This document shows, in pieces, positions 27,046-41,214 of a stretch of DNA of 64,000 nt. This DNA is from Octopus vulgaris (taxonomy: Eukaryota), in contig OX597838.1 in assembly GCA_951406725.2 (NCBI GenBank), forward strand, positions 25,420,001 to 25,484,000, in the 5' to 3' direction. The translations under genes were made by a program, and so were the position numbers. The notes under the pieces are model-generated. The model was not told the origin of the DNA. It ran no database searches and worked only from the letters and a program-made list of their open reading frames with translations. Numbering within the stretch: position 1 is the first letter of the stretch; the number at the start of each line of letters is the position of its first letter.

Positions 27046-27859
27046 ATGCTATACCATTTGTGTGTGTGTGCATATGTATAAAAGTGTGTGTGTGTGTGTG
27101 CATATGTATAAAAATGAGTGTGTATGTATATATCTTTTATCTTTTACTTGTTTCAGTCATTAGACTGTGGCCACACTGGGGCACCTCTTTGTTCTCTTTA
27201 TCTCTAATTTTGAGTTAACTTTGACTAACCACTTGCTTGGAAGTAAGATTGTGAAAGAAAATCTATTGTTCTGTTCATCGTCCTTTAAATCTTAAGAAGA
27301 TCTTACACATTTTAATAATCCCAGATGTGATCATTCGTAGTGTAAGAATTAAAGATTTGCGTTCTCTCCCCAAGAACCCAAGTTCAGCCATCATACTTCA
27401 CTTGAGATGGGTTCGTAAACATGAGGTGCATTCAAAAAGTATCCAACTTTATTTTTTCCTATCCAAACCAATGCTTTGTGAGCAAAATCCTTTGAGTGGG
27501 AAGTGATGTCACTCTTCCTGTGCATGTGTGAAAATCTTCGCACTGGTAAGCCACATCAGTTCCCTCAAAAGCACACCCTTCTGTCTTATAAAAGGACAGG
27601 ACACATTATACAGTGTAGTCCTAATAATTTGGAATGGATATAGCTGGACTGGTTTTGAACATAGGTTGTCTTACTTCATCAGGTTTGACCTGCTGCTCAA
27701 AAACAACAACAACAGCAATGACAACAGCAACCATCAGTATTATCTCTACCACTAACACCACTTTTGTCATCACCATCTTTATCACTTCCATTGTAACTAA
27801 CTTTGCTATAAGCAAGACCATGATTAGAACAATACCAATATTACTACCATCATTATTAA

Positions 27860-28047
27860 CCCATTAGCATTTAAACTGGTCATATCCGGCCAAAATATTG
27901 GACCCTTTCACCTATCCTACAATATCATTCTACAAATTAACAGTTACCTCATCAAAATCTCAAAGCTACAAGACAATGCCTGATTAGTTCAAAACAATGT
28001 GAATAAATATGGATTACATTTGACAGAGTAATCTGAATGCTATGGGG
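27860..28047. mobile_element. Second piggyBac-type MITE family
   Basis: Ends TTAA|CCCATTAGCATT and AATGCTATGGGG|TTAG give an imperfect TIR and one altered TSD. Confidence 0.65.
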
Positions 28048-28054
28048 TTAGTGC

Positions 28055-28775
28055 AGTGTGCTGGTAGAATCATTAGCATGTTGGGAAAAATGCTTAGCAG
28101 CATATTGTCCTTCTTTACATTCTGAGTTCAAATTTCACTGAGGTTGATTTTGTCTTTCATCCTTTCAGGGTCGATAAAAAAGAACATACCTATTTCTTTA
28201 TTGCCCACAAGGGGCTAAACATAGAGGGGACAAACAAGGGCAGACATAGGTATTAAGTCGATTACATCGACCCCAGTGCGTAACTGGTACTTAATTTATC
28301 GATCCCGAAAGGCTGAAAGGCAAAGTCGACCTTGGCAGAATTTGAACTCAGAACGTTACGGCAGACGAAATACGGCTACGCATTTCGCCCGGCGTGCTAA
28401 CGTTTCCGCCAGCTCACCGCCTTGGATCGTGTCGTTCGCGAGAAGAGACTCAATAGATCGCAGTGTGGTAGCTGCTCTGCTAAGCACGTCACTCCGAACA
28501 TACCATTTGAGAACTAGGGTCGATGTAGTCAACTTATCTCCTCCTCTGAAATTGCTGGCCTTGTGCTAAAATTTCAAATTTCTATTACTACCATCACTTC
28601 AGCATTTCATCTGTCTTTTTTCGCTCTGAGTTCAAATTTCACTGAGGTTGACTTTGCCTTTCGTCCTTTTGAGGTTGATAAAATAAAGTACCAGTCAAAT
28701 ACAGGGGGCTGATGTAATCGACTTATCCCCTCTTCTCCAGGGGTGCTGCCCTTGTGCCAATATTTGAAATCAATA
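28055..28775. mobile_element. Cluster of SINE family B copies in both orientations
   Basis: A + copy lies at 28055-28180, a - copy at 28190-28425, and + fragments at 28510-28575 and 28610-28775. Confidence 0.8.
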
Positions 28776-29945
28776 TTACTACTATCACCACCTTCATCAC
28801 CACCGACAGCAGCTTTACAACAACTACTACCACTGCGGACACTGCAACCATGACAACAATTACCACCATCATCACCACTACAACTGACAACAGTATCACC
28901 ACTACCATCACCACCACCACAACCAGTACCACCACCACAACCAGTACCACCACCACTACTAGCATCTCTAATATCATCACCACCACTCCCTGATCCCTAA
29001 TGTCACTACTGTTGTACCTTTACATCACCATTACTAATGTCCCTACTATGTCCATCATCACCGTTACTACTATCACCACTACAACCTGTATCATCACTCA
29101 CATCACCATTGCTACCACCACCACCACCACCACCACCACAACAACAACCACTGCCGTGACCACTACCACCACAGTTACACTACCAACATACCACTACTGT
29201 TACTGCTATCTCACTATCACCGCCACTGCCACTATAATTGCTGCTACCAACGCCATCACCACCACTGCCACTACTGACCCCACAACCACTATTATTGCTG
29301 TCTCAGTATCACCACCATCACCATAAATTCTAACTTGCCACCACCACCACCACCATAAATTCTATCATGCCACTGCCACCACCAATACCATCACTGTCAC
29401 CACCACCTCCACAAATTCTATCAAGTTGCCATCACTCCACCACCACCTCCACTACCACCACCACCACCATCACTCACCACCACCACTACCATAAATTCTA
29501 TCATGCTGCCAATGGCATCACCACCACAAATTCTATTACGCTGCCACCACCACCACCATCTCCACCGCCACTACCATCTCCACTGTCACCACCATCTTCA
29601 CTGCCACCACCATCTCCACCGCCGCTACCATCTCCACCACCACCATCCCCACTGCCACCACCATCTCCACCGCCACTACCATCTCCTCCACCACTACCAT
29701 CTCCTCCACCACTACCATCTCCACTGCCACCACCATCTCCACCGCCGCTACCATCTCCACCACCACCACCACCATCCCCACTGCCACCACCATCTCCACC
29801 GCCACTACCATCTCCAACGCCACCACCATCTCCACCACCGCTACCATCTCCACCGCCACTACCATCTCCAACGCCACCACCATCTCCACCACCGCTACCA
29901 TCTCCACTGCCACCACCATCTCCACCGCCACCACCATCACCACCG
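28775..29945. repeat. (ACC)n-derived tract, including an 18-bp-period minisatellite at about 29540-29945
   Basis: Units such as ccaccaccatctccaccg and ccactaccatctccactg are visible. Confidence 0.9.
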
Positions 29946-30697
29946 TGTACTGAGTCAGATAAATTGATTGTTATATAAAGTAACTGTTGATTGACCTACT
30001 GATGCTGTATACACACATACACACACACACAGGATGTGTGTATGGAGAGAACCAGATGTGTAGCGCATTGCGCGCACGAATGTGTGTATATATATACATA
30101 TATCGTACTTTAGTGTGCTGTGTGTGTATTATATGTGTCTGTGTAGTGTGTGTGTGCGTATTGGAGGAGTCAGCGATATCAATCGATTGTAATATATAGC
30201 TTTAAACTGTTGATTCACTAACTGAAGGTGTGTACACGGAAGTCAGGTGGGTGTATGTATGAGTGTGTATTTGTATATTGAGCGTGTGTGCATGTGCATA
30301 TGTGCATTTGCGTTTGCGTTGTATGCACTGAATTAGCTTTTCTCCCTTCCTCCCTCTCTCTCTCCCTTTCTCTCTCTATATATATAAATATATACATACA
30401 TACATGCACATGTGTTTGGATGTATACATTGAACTCTTGTGTTATATATTCCTAACTCGCTTTGCATGCTATGCTATTTGTCGACCATTCTTCCTGTCTG
30501 TACAGTTTCACCTAGTTTCACTCTGAACATTAAGCCATAGCACCAACTACCTGTTGGAGTGGTGTGCACTCTCAGTGATTAGGTATCTTACCTAGCTAAA
30601 TAAAATAGGTTTGTGTAGCATCAGGAACATCAAGAAGGGCATCTGGCTGGAAAAACGAACTTAAAATGAAGTGTAATAATAATAATGATAATGATAA

Positions 30698-31180
30698 TTG
30701 GTATAAAAGATGGGCTATAGCAAATATTCTGCTCAATACCACAGATTTGTTTGTCAGTTGTTTGACCGCAACCAGTTGAGCATGTCCCTTAGTGGCTGAC
30801 GATATGTGCATCTCTGATCACAAACAGAAGTAGTGGGGGAGCATCATAGCCATGTGTTGAAAGGAATTCTTTGGGGTTTGGATAATTCACCTCTGGAAAC
30901 ATGGCTGTTTTGTTCAACATCCTTAAACAACCCTTATTCAGGGACCTTTTGAGCGAGATGGGTTACTCAACCAGAAGAAAATTCTAAGTGGGCCCCACCT
31001 GCAAGGTCATGTGCTGTTTATCTTGATATGAGATCACCATATCGCACACATATGGTTGTGATGCATGTGCCTAGTGTACCCTTATCAGACGGGTAGTCAT
31101 GATGGGTATACTGGGCTTTGTATATTTTACCCCAGTGTCACTTTGATGGTAGCTGTCAGGACACTGCATCCTTCAAAAAT
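30698..31180 (+). mobile_element. Interspersed repeat family E (~480 bp, unclassified), copy 1; orientation arbitrary
   Basis: Reverse-complement match to 62933-63418 along its length. Confidence 0.85.
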
Positions 31181-31279
31181 ACCATGTGGCATTGTTTTAA
31201 AGCTCAGAATTGTGAAAGCATGGAATAAACTACCCTCATCAGTGTCCTTTTGGAATGCAGTGGAGGCAGTGGAATATTA

Positions 31280-31830
31280 GAAGGATGCATGTAGTTTATT
31301 GCAACTGGTGAGGGTAGTTTATTCCATGCTTTCACAATTCTGAGCTTTAAAAAATGCTGCCAAAAGTTATAGATGCTGTACTAGTTTTTGATTTTACTAG
31401 CAATGTTCATAAGTCGTTGAGATATTGAATTCAAAATGGTGGCCAAAGTTGTTGTTGGAAAGATATTAGACGATTTTGTGGACGTCCATCAATAAACTTT
31501 AGTGTGTTGATGTCCAGAGAAGCAATACGTTTAAGATATATTGAATGAATGGCAGAGGGTATTTGTCTAACTGCATATCTTTGGACAGCTTCCAGTAGAT
31601 TGATATTCTGAATAAAACATAGATTTCAGACTGTAACTGCAAACTGTAAGTTTGGACGTAAAATAGTCATAATTAGCTTTAAATAGATGGACAGTGAGAG
31701 ACTGACACAGGTCTTATTGATTGATGCTAAAACAGCTTTGGCTTTTTCAGCGATTTTTAGAAATGTGGTTTATCCAAGTAGGATCATTGTTGACAATAAT
31801 GTCCAGGTGACAGGGGCCCTTCAACTCTTG
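31280..31830 (-). mobile_element. CR1-clade LINE ORF2 C-terminal relic
   Basis: The minus strand gives AEKAKAVLASINKTCVSLSLSIYLKLIMTILRPNLQFAVTV*NLCFIQNINLLEAVQRYAVRQIP and later LRIVKAWNKLP. These match the CR1 motifs LVRPHLEYA..VW.P, LE.VQRRA and RVV..WN.LP. Confidence 0.85.
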
Positions 31831-32624
31831 ATCTCGTCTTAGGTTTTTCATGACATCCAATGTGTCTTGTGTGTTTTAAACCTGGCAGAGTCCATTTGTC
31901 TCTAGATCTGAACATGGCTGATTCTATTTCAAGAGAAAGTGTGAATTAGAGAGAGGGGGGAGGAGGTGAGAGGAGAGAGAGTGGAGAATCAGTCTCAGTA
32001 CTTGATACTGGACCAACGACCAGCCAAAACAAAATGAAGCAAACAAAAAGAAAAGATAAGGTGGTTCGTTCATGTCCTGTTCCCAGTGTTGTAATGTGTC
32101 TGTGACAAATATATTGGGCACCAGTGCAATGTTGCTGATCTGAGTTCTATTTTTTCTTTCACCCCAACTTATTGTCTTTCTCCTCTTCACCGGTCAGATG
32201 AAAAGCAAAGTCAACATCGGTGCTACTTAAACCCCAGAACATACAGAGCCTAACCAAATATCACAAAGCATTTTACCTGATGCACTAATAATGATTCTTC
32301 CAGCTTCAAAACTAATGATTACTCATTGCAGCATGAAGCTTACAACTTTATAAACAGGATGTAGTTAATGCAATTAACTTCCCTGACATATTACTGGTAC
32401 TTATTGACCTGCTCCCTCTTCACTCCACCTGTATTACTGAGAATATTTGATATCACTGCTCTGATGGTATTGATAAAGCATATGCAGGAAGTTATATAAA
32501 TGAATGCGTGTATGTATGTATATGATGTAAGCGTATGCTCTGTATGTACATTATGTATGTATATATGTGTGTGTGTCCTTAGCCTTAGGGCTGAAATGTA
32601 TAAAAGAATACACACGCATACATA

Positions 32625-32775
32625 CAAGGTGGGCCAAAAGTCACGCACAGTATAAGTTCAATATGCCTTGGAATTGTCAAAGACATGCTTCAATTTTTCT
32701 AAAATTGATTAAAATAAATGAAATAATGATGAATACACATGCACGTGTACATGAAGAACAAAATGAACAACAATA
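32625..32775. mobile_element. Tc1/mariner-type MITE, left part only
   Basis: TA|caaggtgggccaaaagtcacgcacagtataag is nearly identical to the start of 54089-54396. Confidence 0.7.
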
Positions 32776-33408
32776 ATAATAATGATAATAATCTTTCAAC
32801 TATTGGCACAAGACTCGAAATTTTGGAGGATGGGGTCAGTCGATTAGATCAACCCAGTACGCAACTGGTACTTAATTTATCATCCCCGAAAGGCAAACTC
32901 AACATAGCAATGGGCGAAATACCGCTAAGCATTTCGTCCAGTTTGCTAACGATTTTGCCAGCCCACCACCTTAATAATACTAATAATAATGTCAGTCTAT
33001 GAATATGTTGGGGACACTGAAGAATTATATATATATATAGTGTTTACATCATATGCACATATACTTTGTACACATTGTGTGTGTGTGTGTTGTTTTCTTA
33101 GTAAAAATATCTTTCACACACACACACACACATGCAAATATATTTTTCTGCATATATATATATTTCTGAGTTAATCAAGGGAATAAATTAGACATGCACA
33201 CACAAACACATCTTTATCACCATCATCATCATTGCACTTAAACACAATGGCATACATTGTAATCTTTACTATACCTTAACACACTCATATCACATACACA
33301 CCCATCATCATCATCATCATTACTTGATCACACATGTGCTATCGTCATGCTTTCATGATGCACACACATGCACTCAGACACACATGCACAAGCATCATCA
33401 TTACAATA

Positions 33409-33444
<36 letters not shown>

Positions 33445-35829
33445 AACTACCACCACCATCATCATCATCAACAGTACCAGCACATTTGTTGTCATCACTA
33501 TCACCACCACCACTACTATCACCATAACCACCATCATCAACAACCACCACCGCCACCACCACCATCGTCGTCGTCGTTGTCATCATGACCATTACTGTCA
33601 TCTTAATCACCACAGTCAGCTTAATTACCATAGTTGCTGTCATCACTATACTGTCAGTCGTCACCACCACCACCATCATCATCTTAACCTTAATCATCTT
33701 AATCCTAATCATCATAATCATCACCACACTGTAATATCTACAGGTATATTTCACTCTCTCTCTCTCCCTTCTGCTTCTTTCTTATTCCCTCTGATTTTGT
33801 CATACTCCTATCTCTTACTCTATCACTCCTACATTTTCTCTCTATCTCTCTCTCTCTCTCCCTTTGCATATTTGTCTCTCTATTTCTTAATTTCTTACTC
33901 TCATTCTCTCTCCTTCCTTTCTCTCTGTCTTTCCATTCTCTTTCACTGCCTTCTCTCTCTCTCTTTGTTTTCTTTTCTCTCTCTCTCTCACTCCCTTTCT
34001 CTCTCTCTCTCTTCTTACTTTCTCTCTATCTTTCTCTTGATTCTCTCTGTTATACTCCCCCTACCACTCAGTCACTACTCCAACTCTCCCCGTCTTCCAG
34101 TCTTTGCTAGACTCCCCTGTTACACATCCTCTCTCTCTCTCTCTTTGACTCTCTCTCTCTCTTTGACTCTCTCTCTCTCTTTGACTCTCTCTCTCTCTTT
34201 GTCTCTCTCTCTCTCTCTCGCTCTCTCCCCACCCACCCACCTCCCCTCCCCTCCACAATTTTGTGATTTTTCTTTTTCTCAGGTTTTGGAGTGAAATCTT
34301 TCATTGATTTACCTCTGAACTGGGACAGAAGAACTGGAGGGGTAGGGGACAGGGGTGGTTTGGTGCTGGTTGTTTGGCTGGTAGATGGAGCTGCAGGGTG
34401 AGAAATGCAATGGGGACGGGGAGAGGTGTTAAAAGTGGTGGTGGTGGTAGAGTTAAAAGTGCTGATGAAGGATAAGTTATGGTGGTGGTGGTGGTGGTGG
34501 TGCTACTGATTGAAATGGTGCCGGTGGTTGATGTGATGGTGGTGGTGATGGTCTAGGTGGTAGTGGTGGTGGTGACAGTGATGTCATAGTGATAGTAGTG
34601 CTTTAAGTGATTAGTGTTGGTGGTGGTGGTCATGATAGTATTACTGATTGGAATTGTGCTGCTAGTTGATGTGGTGGTGATGGTATATGTGGTAGCAGAG
34701 GTGTTTTCAGTGATGGTGGTGGCAGTGGTGCTAGATGTGATGCAGTGTTAAAAGTAGTGGTAATAGATACAGTGGATGATGGCAGTGGTGGCGGTGGTGA
34801 GTGACTGTGGTGTGATGGTGGTGGTGATGGCAGTGGTGGTGGTGCTAGAAGCAAGTTGTCTTCATCATTGCTACTCCAGGTGGAGCCCTAGTGCTGGGGA
34901 GTCAAGGTTGGATCGGCATGGCGGTGGTAGTAGATTTGATGAGGTGGGTGTCATGGATGAGTGAGATTTTTTTTTGCTCACCTTCTCCCATCCTACCCTG
35001 CCACCCCCTCCTGCACTTCCTACTTCCTCTCCCTTGTTTCAGGAAAGGTTTCAATTACTTAAGGGTGAGATGTCGACAAGGGTGGGAGTGGGGGAATGGC
35101 AAGGGATGGTGCAGTGGGGAATGGAGAAGTAACTGGGATGTTGCTGTTGATGGTGATGATAATGATGTTTGTGTGTGTATGTGGATGGGGAGATGAGATG
35201 AGGGGAAGTGGAGAGAGAATCCCTATCTCTTGTTTTTAGTAACACCCCCTCCTGCTCACAGGTTGTTGTTGATTGTGGCGGTGGTGGTGGTGGTAGTTAT
35301 GGTAGAGATGATGATGTTGGTGTGGTGCAGATGTGATAACCCCCCTCCCGCTTTGAGGCACCTCTCCTCCTCCTCCTCATCCTCCAAGATTCTCTTGGAT
35401 CCTTGTGTGTGTGTGTGTGTGAAGGGAGCACCCCTGGGAGGATGTTGAGGTGAAATGAAGGGAGGGGCTAATGTGTGCATGTAAGGAAACTGCAAAGAAA
35501 AAAAAAAAAACGAAATCTATATGACACTATCATCGTTCCCTCCATCTTCCATCTCCTCGTGCTAGCTCTGCCAACCCACCCCTACTGGCACCAACCATTT
35601 TGCTATCTTTCACTTTAATGTAAAGATTTTGTTTGCAGGGGAAAAACAAAAATGTTATTATTGTAAACTAATTTTGTTTCTTTCCAGAAAATTCTTAGTG
35701 TTAAATATTTAGAAATCTATTGTTGTTCTTATTGTTGATTGTCACTCTTGATACTGTTTGGTCAGTGACTGTTATTCATCTATTGTCCTTGTGGCAAAGA
35801 AAGAAACAATTACTATTATTATTATTATC

Positions 35830-36040
35830 TAAGGCTGTGAACTGGCAGAATCGTTACCTCGCCAGGCAAAATGCTTAGTGGTATTTCGCCCGTCACTGTG
35901 TTCTGAGTTCAAATTCTGCCGAGGTCGACTTTGCCTTTCATTCTTTCAGGGTTGATAAAATAAGTACCAATTATACACTAGGGTCGATGTAATCAACTTA
36001 ACCCCATCCCCTGAGCTGCCCATGTGGCAAATATTTGAAA
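35830..36040 (+). mobile_element. SINE family B, near full length
   Basis: Runs from aaggctgtgaactggcagaatcgtta through gagttcaaattctgccgaggtcgactttgcctttca. Confidence 0.85.
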
Positions 36041-36159
36041 TCATTGTTGTTAATAGTCACAGCACTCAAAGATTCTCATACAATAAAAGTTAAAAGCAAT
36101 GGCAATTTAGTGTGGGTGAAGTGGGACAAACAATTATGTAAACAAAAGCAAATAAAATA

Positions 36160-36515
36160 TAGTTGTGTGGTTAAGAAGCTTGTTTTGCAACCACATGGTT
36201 GCAGGTTCAATCACATTGCACAGCACCTTGGTCTGATGGTTCCTACTATAGCTTCTGTCCCACCAATGTCTTGTGAGTGTATCTGGTGGATGGAAACTGT
36301 GTGGAAGCCTGTTGCATGTGTTTCTTTGTGTCTGTGTTTGTTTTCCCCTCCCAGCTAGTGTTGGTTTGTTTACATCCCCATAACTTAGTAGTTCAACAAA
36401 ATAGACCAATGGATTAAGTACCTGATTTGAAACAAGTATTACGTGGTATTTGTTTCGAGCAAACCCTTCAAAGCTGTGCCCCAGCATGGTCACAGTTTAA
36501 TGACTAGAGCAAATA
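36160..36515 (+). mobile_element. SINE family A, diverged copy
   Basis: Runs from gttgtgtggttaagaagcttg to ccagcatggtcacagt. Confidence 0.75.
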
Positions 36516-36829
36516 ACAAAAAAAAAATACAGTGGACAAGTGAAATATGTGAGAAATGAGATGTAGAATAAGTAGAAAATTATATGAAAACCAGTGATTA
36601 AAATTAAATTAAGTCCTTCTGGGTTGGATCAGAGCCCCTTGTGTTCCTAACAATCTTCTCTCTTCTTCACCCAATCCTTCTAGGTACTGAAGGTCTCTTG
36701 TCTTGAAAGATTATGTGAGTGGTTTAAGCAAGAAACGGCCCAAAACTCCATTTTTGTTCAAACATAGCATTTCATCCATTTGTTTTCGTTACCCACAGTT
36801 CCTACAAGGATCATGGAGGTTGAGTTCTC

Positions 36830-37820
36830 AGGTAACCCCTCCATAGGGTCTTATCAGAAGTAACTGTCATTACACTTTACAGCTGGGTTCCCAAATGTGA
36901 CCAACTGAGACGACGGACATTATCCAACCATTTTGTTCTTGGTCTACTCTTAAGTCTCCTGCTGGTTGGTTTCGCTTGAAGAACTTGTCATGCAATTCAT
37001 TCTTGCAACATTCTAATTGCATGTCCATAGTACCCAAGCTGTAACTTCCCAGTGCTGAGAAGTAGTGGCTCAACCTGGAGAGGCTCCCTGATCTCTGAGC
37101 TACACACCCTGTCAAGAAACAGTATTCTGGAGGTCCTTTGGAGGAATCCCATTACAGCCACTTGTATTCGTGGTTGTACTCTTTCAGTCATCACCCAACA
37201 TTCATAACCAACTCAGACTATGAAGATTATCCAATTGTCTTATTCTTGGTCCACCCTAGGTCTCCTGCCAGTCAAAGAGTAGAGTCTTCAGGTACTGCCT
37301 CCATAGTGTTTTATCAGAAGTAACCATCATTACACTTTCCTACTGGATCCCCAAGCATGACCAACTCAGACTATGGACATTATCCAACCATCTCATTCCA
37401 AGTCTTCTGCTGGTTCACTTAGCTTTAAGAATCTGTCTTGTGATTCTTGTCTGTGACATTCTAATCATATGTCTGTTGTATCAAAGCTATGACATTTCAA
37501 TGTGGAGAATTTGGCTTGACCTGGAAAGACTCTTTTTATATCCAGGCTATGCACCCTGCCAAGTAACATTACTCTCAAGATCCTTTGGTGGTTGCTCCAT
37601 TTTGGCCTCTTGTATTCATGATTGTATTATTTCGGTCATTATCCAACATTCATGACCAACTGAGATTATGGATATCATCCAACCATCACATTTTCGTGCT
37701 ACCCCTAAATTTCCTGCTGGTTGGCTCTATTTGGAAGAACCTGTCTTATGATCCTTTCCTGCAACATCCTAATCACATGCCTGAAGTTTTCAAGCTGTGA
37801 CCCCTCAATGTGGAGATGTA
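36830..37820 (-). mobile_element. Head-to-tail degenerate copies of an RTE (Expander/Rex3-like) LINE 3' end
   Basis: Translates MMTERVQPRIQVAVMGFLQRTSRILFLDRVCSSEIREPLQVEPLLLSTGKLQLGYYGHAIRM, matching the RTE/Rex3 C-terminus. The motif tgaccaactgaga..a.ggacattatccaacc recurs near 36898, 37205, 37359 and 37653. Confidence 0.85.
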
Positions 37821-38639
37821 GAATTTCTTACACATGGAAAAATATTCTTGACAAGCAGCTTCTCTCTCTCTCCCCCTCTCTCCTCCTCCTCTTTATCTCC
37901 CCCGCTCCCTCCTATCTCTCTTTCCCTCTCTCTCTCTCACTTCCTATCTCTCTCATATTCCACGTAGCATAATCCCATTTCTTCACTTATCTGATTTGGT
38001 GCCTTTTGTTTCTTGCAGTCCCCCCCACGACCACCCAACCTGGCCTCAAAGCCTTCCTGTAATTCATTTTTGATTGTCCGTTAACAGTTCATTAATAATT
38101 ATAATTAATAACGGTACCTACAATAACACAATGATTTTCATATTAGACGAACTTCTGAATAAAGCCAAACCAAAATAACACAACTGATTCAGCACAAATC
38201 TTTTCTGAATAAAAATACATCTAGCACACAGCATGCAGGAAATGAGGTCAATAACCACCATCACCGTCACCACCATCATTAATTACCAGCACCACCACTT
38301 GTACACCCAACCAACTGACACTATATATTTATCAGTAAGACAAGCAGTTACCATAAATCTATGTTGTGCACCCCCTGAGGAATAACACTCCAGATATATT
38401 TGGTGTCACTGTGGGAGATATTGATGTGAAACCATGGAGGCGGCATAGAACCTCAGTTAAGAATAACAATAACTATGCTGAGCCTATATGTGGTCATTAG
38501 ACTTGCTAGAAATATTAGTCAAATCTAGTTCCCATCAATATGACACAATTGCATTTTTTAGTGGTTTGTTTTTTAGAAAAACAAAAAAAAAATGACCTTT
38601 TGAATGGTGTAGTCTTAGATACTTTATGATGGTATCTAA

Positions 38640-39130
38640 TCTTTTGTCTTTTTACTTGGTTTCAGTCATTGGATTGTGACCATGCTGGAGCACTATATTG
38701 AAGGGTTTTAGTCAAACAAATCAACCCCAGTATTTGGGTTTTTTTTTTTTTTTCAAGCTTTGTACTTATTCTGTCAGTCTCTTTTCTTGACTCCAAAATG
38801 ATTATAGGCAAAGTTGACTGGTGGAATTTGAACTCAGAACATTAAGGCAGACGAAATGCCGCTAAGCATTCTGCCCAGTGTGTTAGCTATTTTGCCAGCT
38901 TGCCATCTTACTTGGTTTCACATTTTGGCACAAGGTCAGCAGTTTTGGGGATAGAAGCAAGTCGATTACTTTGACCCCACCAGCCAGCACTCAGCTGGTA
39001 CTTATTTTATCGAGTGGGAATTATGAAGGACAAAGTCGACCTCAGTGAAGTTTGAGCTCAGACTCTAAAAGCCAGAAGGAAAGCCACTAGGCATTTTGTC
39101 CAGCATGCTAATGGTTCTGCTAGCTCTATG
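38640..39130 (-). mobile_element. SINE A tail followed by two SINE B copies
   Basis: Same family motifs as the other copies. Confidence 0.75.
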
Positions 39131-39299
39131 TGTTAATGTCCACCACCATACTACTACTACTACTACTACTATTACTACTACCACCACCACCACCACTGTT
39201 GCTGTTGCTGATAATAATATTAATAGTAATAATGATAATTTAAAAGGTGGGTGACTTCCTTTTGAGTGTTGGTCCTCATGGAAACAATGACCAAGCCCT

Positions 39300-39680
39300 T
39301 TAGTATTATGCCGAGAAGATCCATCAAGTCGAGTAAAATCACAATTGTGGCAGATACCGGTGTCATGCAAATTGGCACTTGTGCCACCAGCGATGGACCT
39401 GATTGACTTGGAAGGGATCGTTGCCAGTCATTGCCTGGATTTCACCAACAAATTCAAGAGTTCTTTTCTTATCAGTAAAAACACCCCAGTGTCACGCAAA
39501 TGGCATCCGTGCCGGTGGTATGTAATAGCAACAATTATACTCTCGGAGTGGTTAGTGTTAGGAAGGGCATCCAGCCATAGAAAACCATGCCAAACCAGAC
39601 TGGAGCCTGGTGCAGCCTTCCAGTGTGCCAGCCCAGTCAAACCATCCAACCCATGTTAGCATGGACAATGGGCATTAAAT
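39300..39680 (+). mobile_element. SINE family C copy
   Basis: Contains gttaggaagggcatccagccatagaaaaccatgcc and ccatccaacccatgttagcatgga. Confidence 0.8.
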
Positions 39681-41170
39681 ACGAAGGGGTGATTAGTCTA
39701 TTAAATTGACTGGCCTTGGAAGGCTGAAAAGAAAAGTTGACCTTTGTGGAATTTGAACTCAGAATGCAAAGATCTGGAAGGAATATTGCCGGTGGTGGGT
39801 GGGTGAAGGAGTGTGGCTTATTTTGTTTGACACTAATAAGAATTAATGATTTGTCAGCTGAAATATAGAAAGGAACAAGACAAATACAGCTTTATTTTAT
39901 TTTTTTTAAATAACACAAATTGCACAGCTGCTAAAAAATGGTGTTTGTTGTGGAAATATATGACATGATGATGATGATGATGAAACTGTAGCTGATGATG
40001 ATGATGATGGTGTAGATAATGCTGATTCTATTGTTGATGGTGATGATGATGATATTTAATAGTTTTTCCAACTTGTTTACCTGAACAGCTGTTGACCCCA
40101 TTTACTGGAACTCATTGTCTGCCTGCCTTCATGTCCGTATGTCTGCCTGTCTTACTGCCAGCTGGCCTACCTGTGTGTGTCTGTCTACCTGTGTCTACTT
40201 ACCTGTTTGCCTGTTACTTTGTCTATTTTACTGCCTGTTTGCCCACCTGTTTGTCTCTGTGTCTACCTGTCTATCTGCCTGCCTTACTGCCCGACTGTCT
40301 GCTTCTCTGTTTTGCTTTCTGCCCATCTTATTGCCATGTCTCTTGTACAAGACTGAGTGATTTGGGCCCTTCATGCCTAAGTCTGAAAATCCCTGATTTT
40401 GCTTGGGAAAGATACAGCAGTAGCTTCCTGTTGCTTTCCACTGGTGTATTTACCATTTACTCTGTAAGTTTGCCATTCTCTTCAGCTTGCCCTTGAGGCA
40501 CAGGACCTATTTTGACCTCAGGCAAGAAGACTGGTTCATGTGACATCAGAGCATGTCTGCACACCTGTGGGACTGAGTGTCACATGTCCACAAGCCAGCC
40601 CTCCTCCAGATCCTGTATGTCATAGCCATTGGGCCATCTCTGGCCTGGGGTTGCAGTTATGAGGGCCTCATCATCTTCATTGTCATTGTCACTATCATCA
40701 TTACCATCATCATCATTGTCACCATCATTATTATCATCGTCATCATTACTATTATCATCATCGTCATCATCGTATGTGGGCTTTCCATTCTAGCATAGGT
40801 TAGATGGGTCATCACAGGCTAAATCATTTTCTGTCGGAAGCCACTACCTTCTTAAATGGATCAGAGATGCTTGCCTCATTCATGCTTTTAATGCCCTTCA
40901 TGACCAACCATTTCACAGTGTGTATTGAGTGCATATTATCATGGTACCAACACCAGAACATTTGCCTTCTGCTGGGTGAGACTAAAGAGCTTCATCCTCA
41001 CCATCTTCATCAGCATCATTTTAGCTTTCATGGAACCATGAACCCAGAACCATGTGGTTGGTAAGAAAGCTACACGCAGCCATTCCTACGCCTATTATAT
41101 ACTATATCTTTCTCATATTTTTTCCATTGTCGTTCACATGGTAGATATATATATATATATATATATATAC

Positions 41171-41214
<44 letters not shown>

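Noticed and set aside
29367-29978. 203-aa extensin- or formin-like proline-rich ORF
   Set aside because: It is an (ACC)-derived 18-bp minisatellite that is open in several frames on both strands.
39960-40060. Acidic (GAT)n stretch as a possible syntaxin exon 2
   Set aside because: There is no FM.EFFEQ coding and no splice sites. It is a simple trinucleotide repeat.
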